From positions 62,001-103,558 of the forward strand of contig CAJVPI010000005.1 in the NCBI GenBank assembly GCA_910592345.1: DNA of 41,558 bases, read 5' to 3'. A program made the translations under genes and the position numbers. Positions 1 to 15,491 of the stretch are shown in pieces (position 1 is the stretch's first letter; the number at the start of each line of letters is the position of its first letter). Below the pieces are notes generated by a model that was given only the letters and a program-made list of their open reading frames with translations, was not told the origin of the DNA and did no database searches. Origin of the DNA: Paraglomus brasilianum (lineage: Eukaryota).

Positions 1-1766
1 ATAGGAAGATCGTCGTAAAATATGCAGGGTTCAATTAGTAAGTCATCGCCTAGACTATTATACAAAAATATTAGCGAGGCTTCTATATAGATAATAGATA
101 TCCCAAGAAAGGATGCCAAACGTTAAATTACGTGCTTGTAGGGACTTTTTTCATTGACAGAGAAATATTTTCTTCCACGCGTTACTTGAAATATCATCAT
201 GATGATTATGATGTCTGAACATATGTCCCTCTTGTTTGTCGTACAGTCACGAGATATTTGTTGTTTACTCATTTTTAGAGGAATTTAACGAAGAGCTTGC
301 TGAATCACTCCGATCGCTTGCCGAAATTGAAAGCGACAAACCAGCTATAGTACGCCAACAACAAAGTGCAGCTTGCTTAGCCCTTCTTTATCTCTTCACC
401 CTCCTCTCAAACAGATTCCCGGAAACTAAGTAAGTTCTATTATTCGGTTATTTCCCACATACATGATGTCCATTCAACGCTAACTTTCCACTTTGTCACA
501 AGACGTGGATTGACGATCCATGTGCGTTCGGCACTTCCTGTTGGTGCTGGCTTGGGCTCATCCGCTTCATACTCAGTCTGCTTGACAACAGGACTGTTGC
601 TCAACTTTGAATACATCTCTCTTACATCTGGCAGTCAAGGAGCAGAGCTGATTAACAAATACTCCTTTCTGGCAGAAAAGATTATTCATGGCAACCCGTC
701 CGGGATCGATAATGCAGTTGCGACATTCGGTGAGAGAGCATTTTTTTGTATATGAAAAAAACAACAAACCAACGCTGGAACTAACGCATATCAAGTTTTA
801 AGGTGGTGCTGTATTGTATAAGAAAGGATCAATGGAACCCCTGAAAGGGTATTCTGAGAGTATTGCCAACTAATTGACGTTTGGCTGAATTGAATAACAT
901 TTTCAAAAATAATCTCTTTCCTTTCCCGACCTTAAGGTTACGCCCATTTCGTTTTCTCCTTACCAACACCAAAGTTGCTCGCGATACGAAAACGCAGGTT
1001 GCCAATGTTAGGATAAAATTTGATAAAGTAAGCATACTGTTTTTATACGATATGGGGTTAAAAAAAACGTAAATACTTGGCCCTTGACTGTTCGTATGAA
1101 TATCGTTGTTAGTATCCTGGGATTATCAAATCCATACTGGATGCAATTCAGAATATCAGCGACCATTTTAAAACAGTTCTTATCAATGAAGGTATGGTGA
1201 TGATAATCGAATTACTTTTATACTGCGATTTACAAAGGTGCTAATCCATTTATAGATAACAACATTACACAGGATACAATGCTTGAGGTCCGTTGATAGC
1301 ATATGTATGCTTGACTCCTTTTATACGCGCTAATTTATACTTTTTTTTTTGTAGGACCTGATCGATCTAAACCATTATTTAGTCAATTCACTGGGTGTGG
1401 GTCACTCCACACTAGACAGAGTACGCGAGATTACAGCACAATTTGGATTACATTCGAAGCTAACTGGAGCTGGTGGTGGTGGCTGTGCATTGACTTTTAT
1501 CCGAGACGGTGAGAATGCTGAACTCTGATTTTGTTACGATGTTCAAAATTGTGTGCTAAGATATTACTTTAATAGGCGTTCCACGCGCTACGATAGAGGC
1601 GGTTAAGAAGTCGCTCTCTTTACAGGGATTTGAATGCTTTGAAACTTTGGTGGGTGGACATGGTGCTGGCGCCTTGAATACAAATGATACCATGACTGCG
1701 CAAGAGTTTATGGAAGTCGGGTTGGAATGGTACGATGGAATTGACAGTTGGCGTTACTTTGCTTAA
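1..1766 (+). CDS. ERG12: Mevalonate kinase (GHMP kinase), multi-exon, 5' end outside window
   Basis: GHMP motif [11 protein letters not shown] (~535-570), [21 protein letters not shown] and [11 protein letters not shown] (~1455-1487) are joined by GT-AG introns. Stop TAA at 1764-1766. Exons before 279 are uncertain. Confidence 0.93.
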
Positions 1767-2472
1767 CGCTCATAAGAAACTTAATTAATTTAATCAACGA
1801 GAATTAAGGTATTGGCTATCCATCAAAGGCTATATCTTTACAGGATTACTAGTAGGATACTATGATAGTTAGACCTATCATCGTCGGAATTTGCTGGTCA
1901 AATTTTTTGGGTAATTAAAGTTAAGCATTTATAGAGATAACCAACAGAAATATTCGGCAAAAGCCGTTGCGCGCACTCTACAATAAATTATGCTTTGGTG
2001 AATCAAACCATTGTTACATAATTCTGACCCTTTGGTTGCAATAATGTCTAAGCCAAACCTCGTGCTCATTATTTAACGACAGACCCAACATTGTCAAATA
2101 TGAACTTTAACTATTTTTAGAATTAAAGAAATGGTTGACATTACCGACGAACTGTAACACAAGATTATGCATGATTTCCTTGCAGTTTTATTTGTGTTAC
2201 GTAATAGGTTAAATAGGTTACTAGTCATAATAATGATAAAGTAGTAAAGTCTTGTCTTGTTATATTAATATTGTCTGTCCGTTTGCACAAGTGGCTTTGT
2301 AGCCAGCGTAAATAGTTCGGTGGAACATTGATTAATGTCACACAACTGAGCTTTGCCACTACACAGCCACTTACAGTAATACAGTTCTTAGCGCCAAAGT
2401 CATGGGAATTTACGCGCTGATCTATGCATATTAATATTAATGTTAATAAAGCAAAAAGGAAATACAGCACTA

Positions 2473-2500
2473 AATGTCCAATGTCCAATGTCCAATGCCC
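2473..2500. repeat. Short tandem repeat (AATGTCC) x4
   Basis: aatgtcc aatgtcc aatgtcc aatgccc read directly. Confidence 0.8.
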
Positions 2501-2729
2501 AGAGAGCACATTCGAAAACTGCTTCTGATATGACGGTTCAATTTTCCATCTAAATGATAGGCAGTAAAAGAAACCATGATGGCAAGTCGTGACTTGATAA
2601 TCATACCAATTCGCAGATCATTTCTAGATTTGCCAATATTTACCGGTTACTCGCAAGGCTGAGAATAGAAGATAAATGATTTTGGACAAACTTCGTCTTC
2701 TCTATCTCTGGTGTGGACGTGACTACACA

Positions 2730-5700
2730 ATGACTGATGAAATTAAGCTTCGTGTTGACATTATTTCCGGGAAGGATCTAGCCCCCAAAGATAGGAATGG
2801 TTTCTCTGACCCTGTAAGTATGAACAAGTGAATATGCTACGAAGAAGGGTTTAGACAACTTGCTCTTGATATGCACTATTCTACAATTACGTCAAAAAAA
2901 AGGAAGAAAAAGAGAAAAGAAAAAAAGGGAGCAATACTTGTAAAATTGAAGGCTGAATTGATTGAGCAAACTTATTGAAGAACCCTATCGATTCATTGAA
3001 TACATACAAGGATGCCTTTAACTTGGTTGATATACGCTAGTCTTACGTGTCTATTAATTCGACAACGTTCTTCTGCTTGACATTAACAGTACGTTGTCGT
3101 TGACGTTGGAGATAGTGTCCATCAAACCCAAGTTGTTCCAAAGTCTTTGAATCCACAATGGGATGATTGGTTTGAATATAACATTGCGCTTGACAACGTA
3201 CCAACGGCAATCCACTTTACTTGCTGGGACAAAGATATGTTTGGCAAGGATTACATGGGTGAAGCTCATATTGCACTGAATGATAATTGGGAAGCCGGCC
3301 ATATCGGATATAACGATCCACAGAATAAGGTGCGATTCTTTAGGCTACTTTCGTTGTTTCATTTCAATAAAATTAACCATTCGTATTGCTGGTAGCCGAT
3401 CCATCTTCCCCTTCAAAATTTGTCAAAGCAAAATGAAGTAGTAACAGGCTACTTGGTAGTCAAGGTCGGTCTCATTGACCTAGAAAACCAGTTTCTAGAA
3501 GCCAAGGAATGGCGAGACATTTGGAAACGAATTCATCGACTGAAAATTTCAGGGTCTCCAACTGCTTCTCCCAGTGATTACGACCAGTCTGTCCAGGGTA
3601 GTCGAACTGATGGGACTTTTAAAAGCTCGGTTGATTTGCTTGGATTAACCTTCTTGGAAATTGTTAGTGCGCAAGATCTTCCACCAGAGAAGAATGGTAA
3701 AAGCTTTCCTTTTTGACTATTAACAGCATTTTCTCAATTCACTAACTTTAAGCCTGCTATTTTGATTTCTTATGTTAGCCTCTCGCACTGGTATTGATAT
3801 GGATCCCTTTGTAGTGGTGTCTTTTTCCAAGCAAACCTTCCGAACTCGTGTAATTCCAAATTCACTCAATCCCCTATGGAAAGAACGATTATATTTTGCT
3901 GTTAAGAATGTGGAATCTAACTATTCCGTAAAGTTTACGGTCTACGACTGGGACAAGATTACCAATAACGATCTGATAGCCACGGTTTCAGTGCCAATTC
4001 AAAATTTAATTCAAATGGCTTCATCTTCAACTCTTAGACCAAAGGATGCGGAGGATGATATGACCCCAATAACGCTCGACCTCGAACTGAAAACTTCACA
4101 AAAGTATGATGTTAAACCCAAGCTATTTATAAAAACACGTTTTGTGCCGTACAATCTACTCAGAATTCAGTTTTGGCATGCATTATCCAAAGTGTATGAT
4201 TCAGACGAGAACGGCGTTCTTAATTACGTCGAGCTTACAACCATGTTAAGCAGTATTGGCTCATCGTTAAGTCAATCGTCAATTGAAAAGTTTTTCACCA
4301 GTCGTGGGAAGAATCCCAGAACCGACGAACTGACATTCGACGAACTTGCTGCAGGTTTAGAAGCGCACCTCAGGGAAAGCGAGAAGAGCACGAACAGACC
4401 TGCTGATAATAATGGAGAAGAACTAGACAACGAACATATAATTTTCATTAAAGATTGCCCGATCTGCAAGAGGCCGGAACTAGGAAAATTGCCGGAAACC
4501 GAAATCATCACTCACATTGCTATATGTGCTAGCACGGATTGGGCAAGTGTAGATAAATTCTTGGTCGGAGACTTTGTAACAGAATCTCAGGCTCAGCGGA
4601 AGTGGTTAGCAAGAATCATAACGAAAGTCGGATATGGTGGATACAAAATTGGTGCCGTAAGTAATATTTATTTATCGAGTTTGATATTTTCAGTGTTTTG
4701 TTTGCTAAAAAGAAAAAAATAAAAATTTTCTTGGTCTTTCAAAGAACAATGCCAACATCATAGTGCAAGATCGTACGACGGGCGAGCTTGTAGAAGAAAA
4801 GATGCCCACATATATTAAACTCGGCATTCGCCTCCTATATAGAGGCGTCAAACCATCGGGTATCGAAGGAAATAGCAGTAAGTCTAGAACGGCGTCTCTT
4901 TTCCCTATATTGTTTCGTACACAAACTTACCCCATTCTGTTTGCTGATATCAGCACGTCGTTTGCTTGAGAGTCTTTCCTACAAACAAGGCAAAAAGTTC
5001 GATGACCCGACATCTGTCCGTGACATCAAGCCATTCATTGATTTCCACAAACTCAATGTTGACGAGATTCTCGATCCATTGAACTCGTTCAAGAACTTTA
5101 ACGAGTTTTTCTATCGCAAGTTGAAACCGGGCGCGCGCAAATTGGACTCGCCTAATAACCCGCGGGTATTGGTCAGTCCGGCAGATTGCAGGATGATGGC
5201 ATTTCCAACGATTGATGAAGCAACCAATATTTGGATCAAAGGTCAAAATTTTTCAATCGAGACATTGTTAGGAGATGCTGTTGCTGCACAAACATTCACG
5301 GGCGGGAGTTTGGGCATATTCAGATTAGCTCCTCAGGATTATCATAGGTATGAACTTGTAAAGTCGGGGTGGTAGAAATATTATTTGGAATTCGAGTTGA
5401 CGCATTTTGTTTGTTGCAGGTTCCATATTCCAGTCAATGGGATTTTGAGTGAGCCCAAGCCTATTGCCGGAGCTTACTATACTGTAAACCCTATGGCTAT
5501 TAGATCAGAGTAATTGAATTTTGCACTCGTGTTGCTATCAAGTCTGTTTCAGTGACAAGGTCTAACGCATTTTGTTCAACAGGCTTGATGTTTACGGTGA
5601 GAATAAACGGACAATCTCATACATCAACTCTCAGCAGTTTGGCAATGTAGCATTTGTAGCTATAGGTGCAATGATGGTCGGCTCTATCATTCTTACGAGG

Positions 5701-6049
5701 TAAGAGTCGGATGTATTTTTTACACGATACAAATCATTACGCCAAATGGATTTACAATAACAACGAATATGATGTGTGTTTTTTTTTTCAAAGTAAACCA
5801 CGTTCCGAAGTAAAGAGATTCGATGAGCATGGGTACTTTGCTTTTGGCGGTAGTACTGTAATACTTCTCTTCCAAAAAGGCAAAATGAAGTGGGACGTTG
5901 ATATTTTAGCAAATTCTGAACAAGCTTTGGAGACTCTGGTACGTAAATAATGACTTCTTCAAACAAGCTGTTGGCCTCGTTTCTAACGTCCGTAAATTTG
6001 TCTTTAATAGGTGCGAGTAGGAATGGGTGTTGGCTTGGCTGCTAGCTAA
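2730..6049 (+). CDS. PSD2: Phosphatidylserine decarboxylase 2 proenzyme (two C2 domains, EF-hand, decarboxylase), multi-exon
   Basis: ATG at 2730 ([29 protein letters not shown]2). Second C2 [11 protein letters not shown]-hand [44 protein letters not shown] and autocleavage motif FGGST (~5843). Last exon [12 protein letters not shown] ends at 6049. Confidence 0.95.
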
Positions 6050-6249
6050 GTTTGTGGCCTTGTCCAAGATATATTCATTATTTATTAACATCGCATTGTT
6101 GAATACACAACATTACAATATAAATTATAAATTATCATTAGTGCAAATGTCATTTATTTTAAAATCCCATGGAAATGCTGTTATCCTTTGAGCAACAATT
6201 ATAAGTTATTTCATACCAAGCGCTTCTAGTTTTGATCTATCTTATTAGT

Positions 6250-8742
<2,493 letters not shown>

Positions 8743-9728
8743 TTTGAATAATTTTTATTCAGAGGAAAAAAAATTGCTTCGGAGGTTTATTCGAGTTTGA
8801 GCATGCATCAAATGATAAACATTCTGTTCACTGCTACACAACTTTGCGAATCAAGCTAATAAGATGGGTATTGCCTAAAGAGTCATCCGAATTGTTGCCA
8901 TGAACTGTCAGTTGATTAGCTGATCAGTCGCAATATATCGACCACGGGTATAACCGATTAGATGATAGAGGTCTATTCGTAGAAGCAGTTGATCGACTGA
9001 TACTTTTACGGCAATTGGAATGCTAAAAATGGGGCATGCGATCTACCGTGCACGTGACTAATATACTGGCTATTTGCTCTATCAAAAATGTCAACAATTA
9101 AAAAAAAAGTCAGATATCACGACCAAAAACTCACCACAGTTAATCTTCAGTATATTGAGAGTATATATATTATATAGGCTGAAAATATGGCTGACCCGGG
9201 TTTAATAACTTTTAAGCGCAACATATCCTACATTTAACATAGACATAGGATACGTGGGCATTCGTTTCAATGCAAGCCAGATCGCAAGAGAAAAGTTGGT
9301 TACCTAAGAAACTCGAACTATAGATTTATACAATATCGTATCTGGAACTCTCGTGGTGAATCGAAGCAAGTTGAAGCATCGTGGGGTTCCGAATCTAAAT
9401 TATTCGATGAACCTTATTATATGATATTCCACTATTGATGGTTATGTTATAAAGGCACGCTTCTACAAATATGATAAACCTCATTTGTTTGGGCCTAATT
9501 ATAATTAATGAATAGACGTTGAATTAAAGTCTATTTTTTGATGTTTGTTGACGTGGCATATTTAATAAAGTCATAGGGACATTATGTACAACGGTATGGA
9601 TTTTGTGTCCGTTTACTATTACTATTACGGTAATAAGAACCATAAACCGCTTAGTTTAAAATATATATACAAAGACTGCGTATGTCATTTTCCAGACCTT
9701 GCATCCCCTTAAATCTTTCTTAAAGCAG

Positions 9729-10990
9729 ATGTCTTCGCTTTCCCTCTTATTTTTGCCGAGAAGTCGCAAGGTCGAATTCTACGTTGACATTACAGTGCAT
9801 GAGCTGGTCAATGTTCCATTAGTCACAGGTAACTATTACGTTAAATGGCGTTTAAAACATGGCGAGAAGACGTCCGGGTCGAGTAAACGGTGAGTTTCCC
9901 GACGTATCTGTTACTCTCTCACGAAAAGTATTCAGACGATTTTCAATGTTTATCTTTTATACAGAGCTCAACTTAGCGTACTAAGTGATCACAGTGTAGT
10001 ATGGAATTATCAGTTTAAGACAATCGTTCAGCTCGTTATTGGTAGGGATGGTTACCTTATGCCTTGTGAACTCAAGTTAAGCATAAAGCAGGTAAGATAG
10101 TTGACTGGTTTGTCCGTCTGACTGGCTGTATTCTTGAGGAGACTGATATGTCTACCGGTTGGTTGTCAGGAATTGAGCGGGGGTAAAGAGGTAAACAATG
10201 TTGGGACTTTAACGTTGAATCTCGCTGAATATGTCGGATGCAATAAGTTGGAACGACGCTATCTGTTACAAGATAGTAAAATAAACTCAAATTTAAAGGT
10301 ACATTATATCGAATTGGATTCTAGCGGGGATGTTTAATATTGCTTTGTTCTTATGCTACACATGTATATTTCACGCAGCTAAATATAACAATGAAGCAAA
10401 AACATACAGGAGATGTTGCCTATAAAGTGTACGTCTTTAAAATATGCTCGATGCAATATTTGTGTTGTATTGATTTAATGCTTGGGTTTCTCTATTCACC
10501 ACAGACCTCCACTTAAGAAAGCTCACATATTCGGAGGCATTACTGGCATAATATCGGAACGAAAAGAGCTGCAGGATGACGAGAGATCAAGTAACGTTGC
10601 CACAATTTTTTTTTAAATGATTGACTTTACAATGTGTATGTCCTCAAGTTTGCGCGTATTTAGTTCTTGGGTATCGAACCATGTCGGTATTAGCACCGCA
10701 TATATCACGATCTAGGTCAACTCCTTCGCTGGTAATGATTAGCTGTTGTTCTTGCAATCATTTCATCGGTGCTTCGTTATTTACCAACATTTGCATTTAT
10801 TTGCACACGTTGTGACGCACAGAGATCATCTTATTTGGCACAAGAATCAAGAATATCGTCGCCGGCAGTCAGCAGACTTCGAGATATGGAAGATTTGTCG
10901 GCCGTCGACGTGATCGAGGAAATATTTATGGGAAATGCTATAATTGACGATGAATCAAGTGATGCCAATACAATTCATTCTGCTATATGA
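9729..10990 (+). CDS. NT-type C2 (EEIG1/EHBP1, FAM102-like) domain protein, multi-exon
   Basis: KVEFYVDITVHELVNVPLVTGNYYVKWRL ... DHSVVWNYQF ... GTLTLNLAEYV ... RRYLLQDSKINSNLK across GT-AG introns, with a C-terminal SAVDVIEEIF. Confidence 0.85.
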
Positions 10991-11779
10991 ATGACTGATA
11001 GATGTTCGGATTAATATTTTTATCTCCATTTCAACTAGTAGCAGCCAAAACCCTAATTAATCAACGGTAATTTAATGACAATCTATACAATCTCTAAGGA
11101 CTAATCATCGGATAATAGCAAATATGTAATAAACGGATAAAACAGACATAATAATAATGCAAACGAGGAATTTGTAGAGTGAAATTCACAACAAGCGCTC
11201 ACTGGCTGAATAAATAAATAGCTGAGTGTATGAACCAAGCAGTCGATTTTTTCTTTCCAATTTAGTTCTAATTACGGGATACTAATACGAAAACTCACTT
11301 GACAAGCCCAACCTAACAACCAAAGTTGAATGTATTTTTATTCAAAAGCCTAAAGGGCTTAAGATTCTAACAAGCTAGCTCAAAAATCACGATAGGGAAA
11401 CTCATCTCTAGCCTGACAATAAGGTCGGACATTATATTGATTAGCGAAATAATGTGTTATAGATCCTCGACGTGTAATATATTTCACGCTAAGTCTTAGC
11501 AAAGAGGAAATACGTGTATATCTATAAAATTATCTGAGAAATTATAATTAATTACAAGGAGTTTAGTTATCCGTAAAGAATTGCGTTCTGAGGGAAACGA
11601 CTTGAAGATGCGATAAAGACGTAGTTTATAATTATTCGTAATGCCTTATCGTTCAATTGTAGTGGTCGTTAATGAGAAGCGCGCATCCTCTTATAATAAT
11701 TAACGGTCTACTCGCTCATACTGCGTTTGCAATAAAATATGTGTACAGCTAAAAATATGCGTATCATTTTCTATATAGA

Positions 11780-12586
11780 ACTCCATAACGTACGCAAAAT
11801 ATTCTATGGTTGCTGAGAACTTCAAAATCATCTTCCGTTAAACCTAAATTTGTTTGTCTTAACCGATTGATTAAATCCTTTAAAGCTGCAATGTTTTCGA
11901 TTTTATCAAAGGTTGGGAAAGAACTAATTTCATGAACTTTATTCTAACGTATTCAGCAATTCCATAGAAACGCGTTAGTGGTAGAAACAACTACACTTGT
12001 AGTCTCGCCTTTTTTTTCCGGTAGAGTTGCAGTAGCTATCGATTATCAAGACGCTACTTTGCATTTTTGGGTTGGATGTATCCTCCGATCTCATCAACTT
12101 TTGTACAAAGTTCATTTACTCTATTCTCCACCTTCCCCTCTTTCTTCCATTTTCACGCAATTTTTTATAGCGTTAAATTGTTGCTTAATATTAACTCGTA
12201 CAACCCCGTATTCGGTTTGACCTATTACTATTGCTATGTAATTTTTCATCGGTTAAAACAAAATCTGCGGTTAGTATTAGTAAATCATTTAATCTTTCGT
12301 ATCAAGAAAATAAGGATATTTCGAGCTAAGAGTACGCCACGCTACAATTAATAGTTAAAGTTACCACTGTAAACTAAGAGTTACAGCATACTAAAGTCTC
12401 CCAATAATTGTAAACTCTCACCTTCCAATTATAAACAAGTTCTTGGGCTTTTAACCTACAAGACGCGTCGAATCCAAACATAACATCTGCCACCTTCTGA
12501 AGATTTTTCTTTACACCGTCTAGAACTTTTGCTTCGTCTAGCATATTTATATTCAACTCCTTGCGATAATAGTCCATCATGTCCAT
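11780..12586 (-). pseudogene. Degenerate gene of a multicopy fungal family with a SAM-like fragment
   Basis: An exon MDYYRKELN...LVYNWK with a GTGAG donor is followed by broken frames including KDLINRLRQTNLGLTEDDFEVLSNHRI (SAM-like, from recall). No intact ORF could be assembled. Confidence 0.35.
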
Positions 12587-13309
12587 TCTGTGACTTGTAA
12601 AAATTTATAGCAGTCACGAAAATAGCAATTTCGATATACTGTATGTGCGAGATTACGAATTATCATGCAGGAGTAGGAGCGAATTCTCAAGTGTCGTATA
12701 TCATTATCGACATATCTCTGTACATTAGTCGAGTTGACATTTGTCCAAGAGAATTGACAATCGTACCATTATAGACAAGTTTTCTACATAGACGGTTGGC
12801 AATTGTTATGCCTTTAATAAACCATGAAATTATCAATTCCAAAAACTCCATCCATATTCACATTAAAGAATATACTTATTTTCAATAACAAAGACACTGA
12901 CATCATTATGACTATAGTTACTTTAGTATTGAGTTAGGTGGTTAGGGTGTCTGGCAATCTCGTGATCGACGCTACGATCGTCATGATCTTTAATTTGAAC
13001 TCGGAAACAACAATGGCACGGACAGATGTTCAATTCTCATGAGCGGCCAGCTGTTATATCGCTTTAAAACATGCGGCCGCTATACCTACAAGTCCTATGT
13101 GTACTTTTTACTCCCAATAGAATACTTGCTTATCGTGCGCAAGGATTCAAAAAAACCGAGGTAGTTTGTTTTAATTTTTTAAACTTCCACATATGTTCCA
13201 ATTATTATTAATAATGGTTTGCGCGCAGCCAATAATCACCCAATCAAACAAGTCACGTGGAAAAGAGTACAAAATACGACCATCGTTCTTCTTCCTCGAT
13301 AATTGCACA

Positions 13310-14685
13310 ATGACCACTACTTATTGTCAGTTTCAATTGCAAAGTCTTTCCAGATATTACAAGGGAGGATGCCGCGACGAGGACTTGAAAAGGAAGGTCG
13401 AAAAGTTCTTTTCGACTTCTGGCTTCTTTTCTTCGCGCTCAAGCCTGGAATTCTATACTGGTAAGGCGGAATGCCACCCATTATTTCGTGCCGCGGTAAA
13501 CGCAGTCAAAGCTTGACAAGCCGAGACTCTATGGGATATGCAGAACAGTTATTAATATTCATAAAATAGTGTTTTTCTTTGGCTGACAATGTTTCTACCA
13601 TGCAACGTTATCGTACCATATAATAGTCTGCTGTATTAACTTTGGATATTGCTACAAGAGACAAAGTTTGTTCAGACATTTAACAGCTTTTGTTTATCCT
13701 CTTCCATCTTTATCGCCTGAAAGGCATTAATAGTGCGGATGATCGTAAGTATATGCTAATTTCCAAGGAGACTATGGAGAAGATACATTCTGAACTTGAG
13801 ACCCTCATTTCGAAAAAACTCCCACATATGAACGATAATTCCACCTACACCGACATTGAAATTATACAAATTGAAAATTCTTCCGGGTATAGTCAAATGG
13901 CTAAAGCGCTAAAGAAATTTAATACCTCTGCAAAGGCGGCTAAGAAATTACGCGAACTGCGTGAGTCGTATGAAAAGGCACGCGAACTGTTTAACGAAAA
14001 GAAATATCTATTTATCGCAGTAGACGTGGAGAGTTACGAGAGAGATCATGCTTGTATTTTGGAGGTCGGTTGGAGTATTTACGACTCAAGAAAAGACATA
14101 ACTGACGACCCAGAAAATAAACCTTATTTGGACAGGCACTTTTGCGCCACTGAATATAGACATATGAAGAACGGGAAGTATGTGCCCGATATGAAGGATA
14201 AATATATGTTTGGGGAAACAATCTGGGCTAATTTGAACAGTATAGCCGACCAGCTTCGGGGAGATCTTAATGAAGCCGAAAAGGGTACTGTTGTCTTTGT
14301 TGGACACGATACAAAGACTGATGTAAAGTATTTGGAGAGCATCGGTATCTTTGTGGAGAGGGATATCGAACCGGCCGGAACTTTTGATACAGCTGAGATG
14401 TATGCTGCTAGATCTGGGAAAGCAAACGATAGAATAAATCTGGGAAGGTCTTGTGATGAGATGGGCATTGAAAACTATTGTTTGCATAACGCCGGTTAGT
14501 CTGATGAGGACTTGTGAGTGCTCGAGTGTAATGTAAACGCTTACTGAAGTACTGTTCCTTTGCATTTTTTAGGGAACGACGCGCATTATACTCTGCTGTT
14601 GTTTATTGAATTGTGCAGACAAACTCTTCCTGATATTGATCTATCAAATATAAACACAACACCGACAACCTCCAAAGTCACTTAG
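13310..14685 (+). CDS. Gfd2/YDR514C-like (QIP-related) DEDDh 3'-5' exonuclease, 3 exons
   Basis: ATG at 13310, introns 13461-13723 and ~14495-14572. Motifs FIAVDVESYE, VFVGHD, FDTAEMY and LHNAGNDAHYTL. TAG at 14683-14685. Confidence 0.85.
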
Positions 14686-15491
14686 TAAGTTTTTAGGACT
14701 ATTTTGCATGCCATTTTTGGTATAATCTCTTATTGACAGCGATTTGTTATAGCGAGGTCATCTAGAACGGAAGAACAAAACTATCACAGACCCCAAGCTG
14801 CAAGGAAGATGTCTCGTTTCCGACATTTGGACGTGTCTTCAAAGCTTATGTATTTAAACCAAAAGATTCCAACGATTTATTAAAGTTACTAGTAATAAAT
14901 ACGCCTATTGCTAGTTAAATATTGCAATCCCACTTTCAAACTGGTATGGGCCCACTTATAAGACGTGTCCAGCATTTGATCGCCGCATTAGTTATTTCCT
15001 ATGAGTTCTGTTGTTATTTAGCTCGCTACGAAATTTCTCTTTTGCTAAAAGTATTATAACCTTATCATTTAGAAAACGCACTTACAATTTTATAACGCAC
15101 CATTTTAGTAAAACCCTGCTCGAAAGAGATGACACAAAAAGTCTAATGTCCGATATATTATTGTTAATTCAACCAATAGCATAAATAAAAATGCAAAACA
15201 AAGATTTTATAAATTGTATGCAATTGTGGCTACATACTAATACTAATACCACTTGCCCACATTATAGTCTTGAGCAACATGCCTTTAAAAACATAAACGT
15301 ACACCATTCATAATTGCGAAACTTTACCCAATACGTAAAAGATAACGGAACGTTGTACGAATTTCTTAAATTGTGACCAGCTGATCTAGACATAGGGCAT
15401 TCATTCTCACAACACGAAGCATAAATTGCCAAAAGACCATTCTTAATATTTATCTTTTTAACGAACGACTTATTGCTTGTAACATTTAAAT

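Noticed and set aside
9240..9480. Coding-like stretch QYRIWNSR...PYYMIFHY*W
   Set aside because: It is short, stop-interrupted and unidentifiable.
12312..12319. U12-type 5' splice site ATATCCTT on the minus strand
   Set aside because: It lies inside an apparent GT-AG intron of a pseudogene, with no U12 branch site or AC acceptor.
14012..14565. Minus-strand ORFs (69-159 aa)
   Set aside because: Antisense shadows of the exonuclease exon with no recognisable motifs; the same applies to those over PSD2, PDI and VAMP7.
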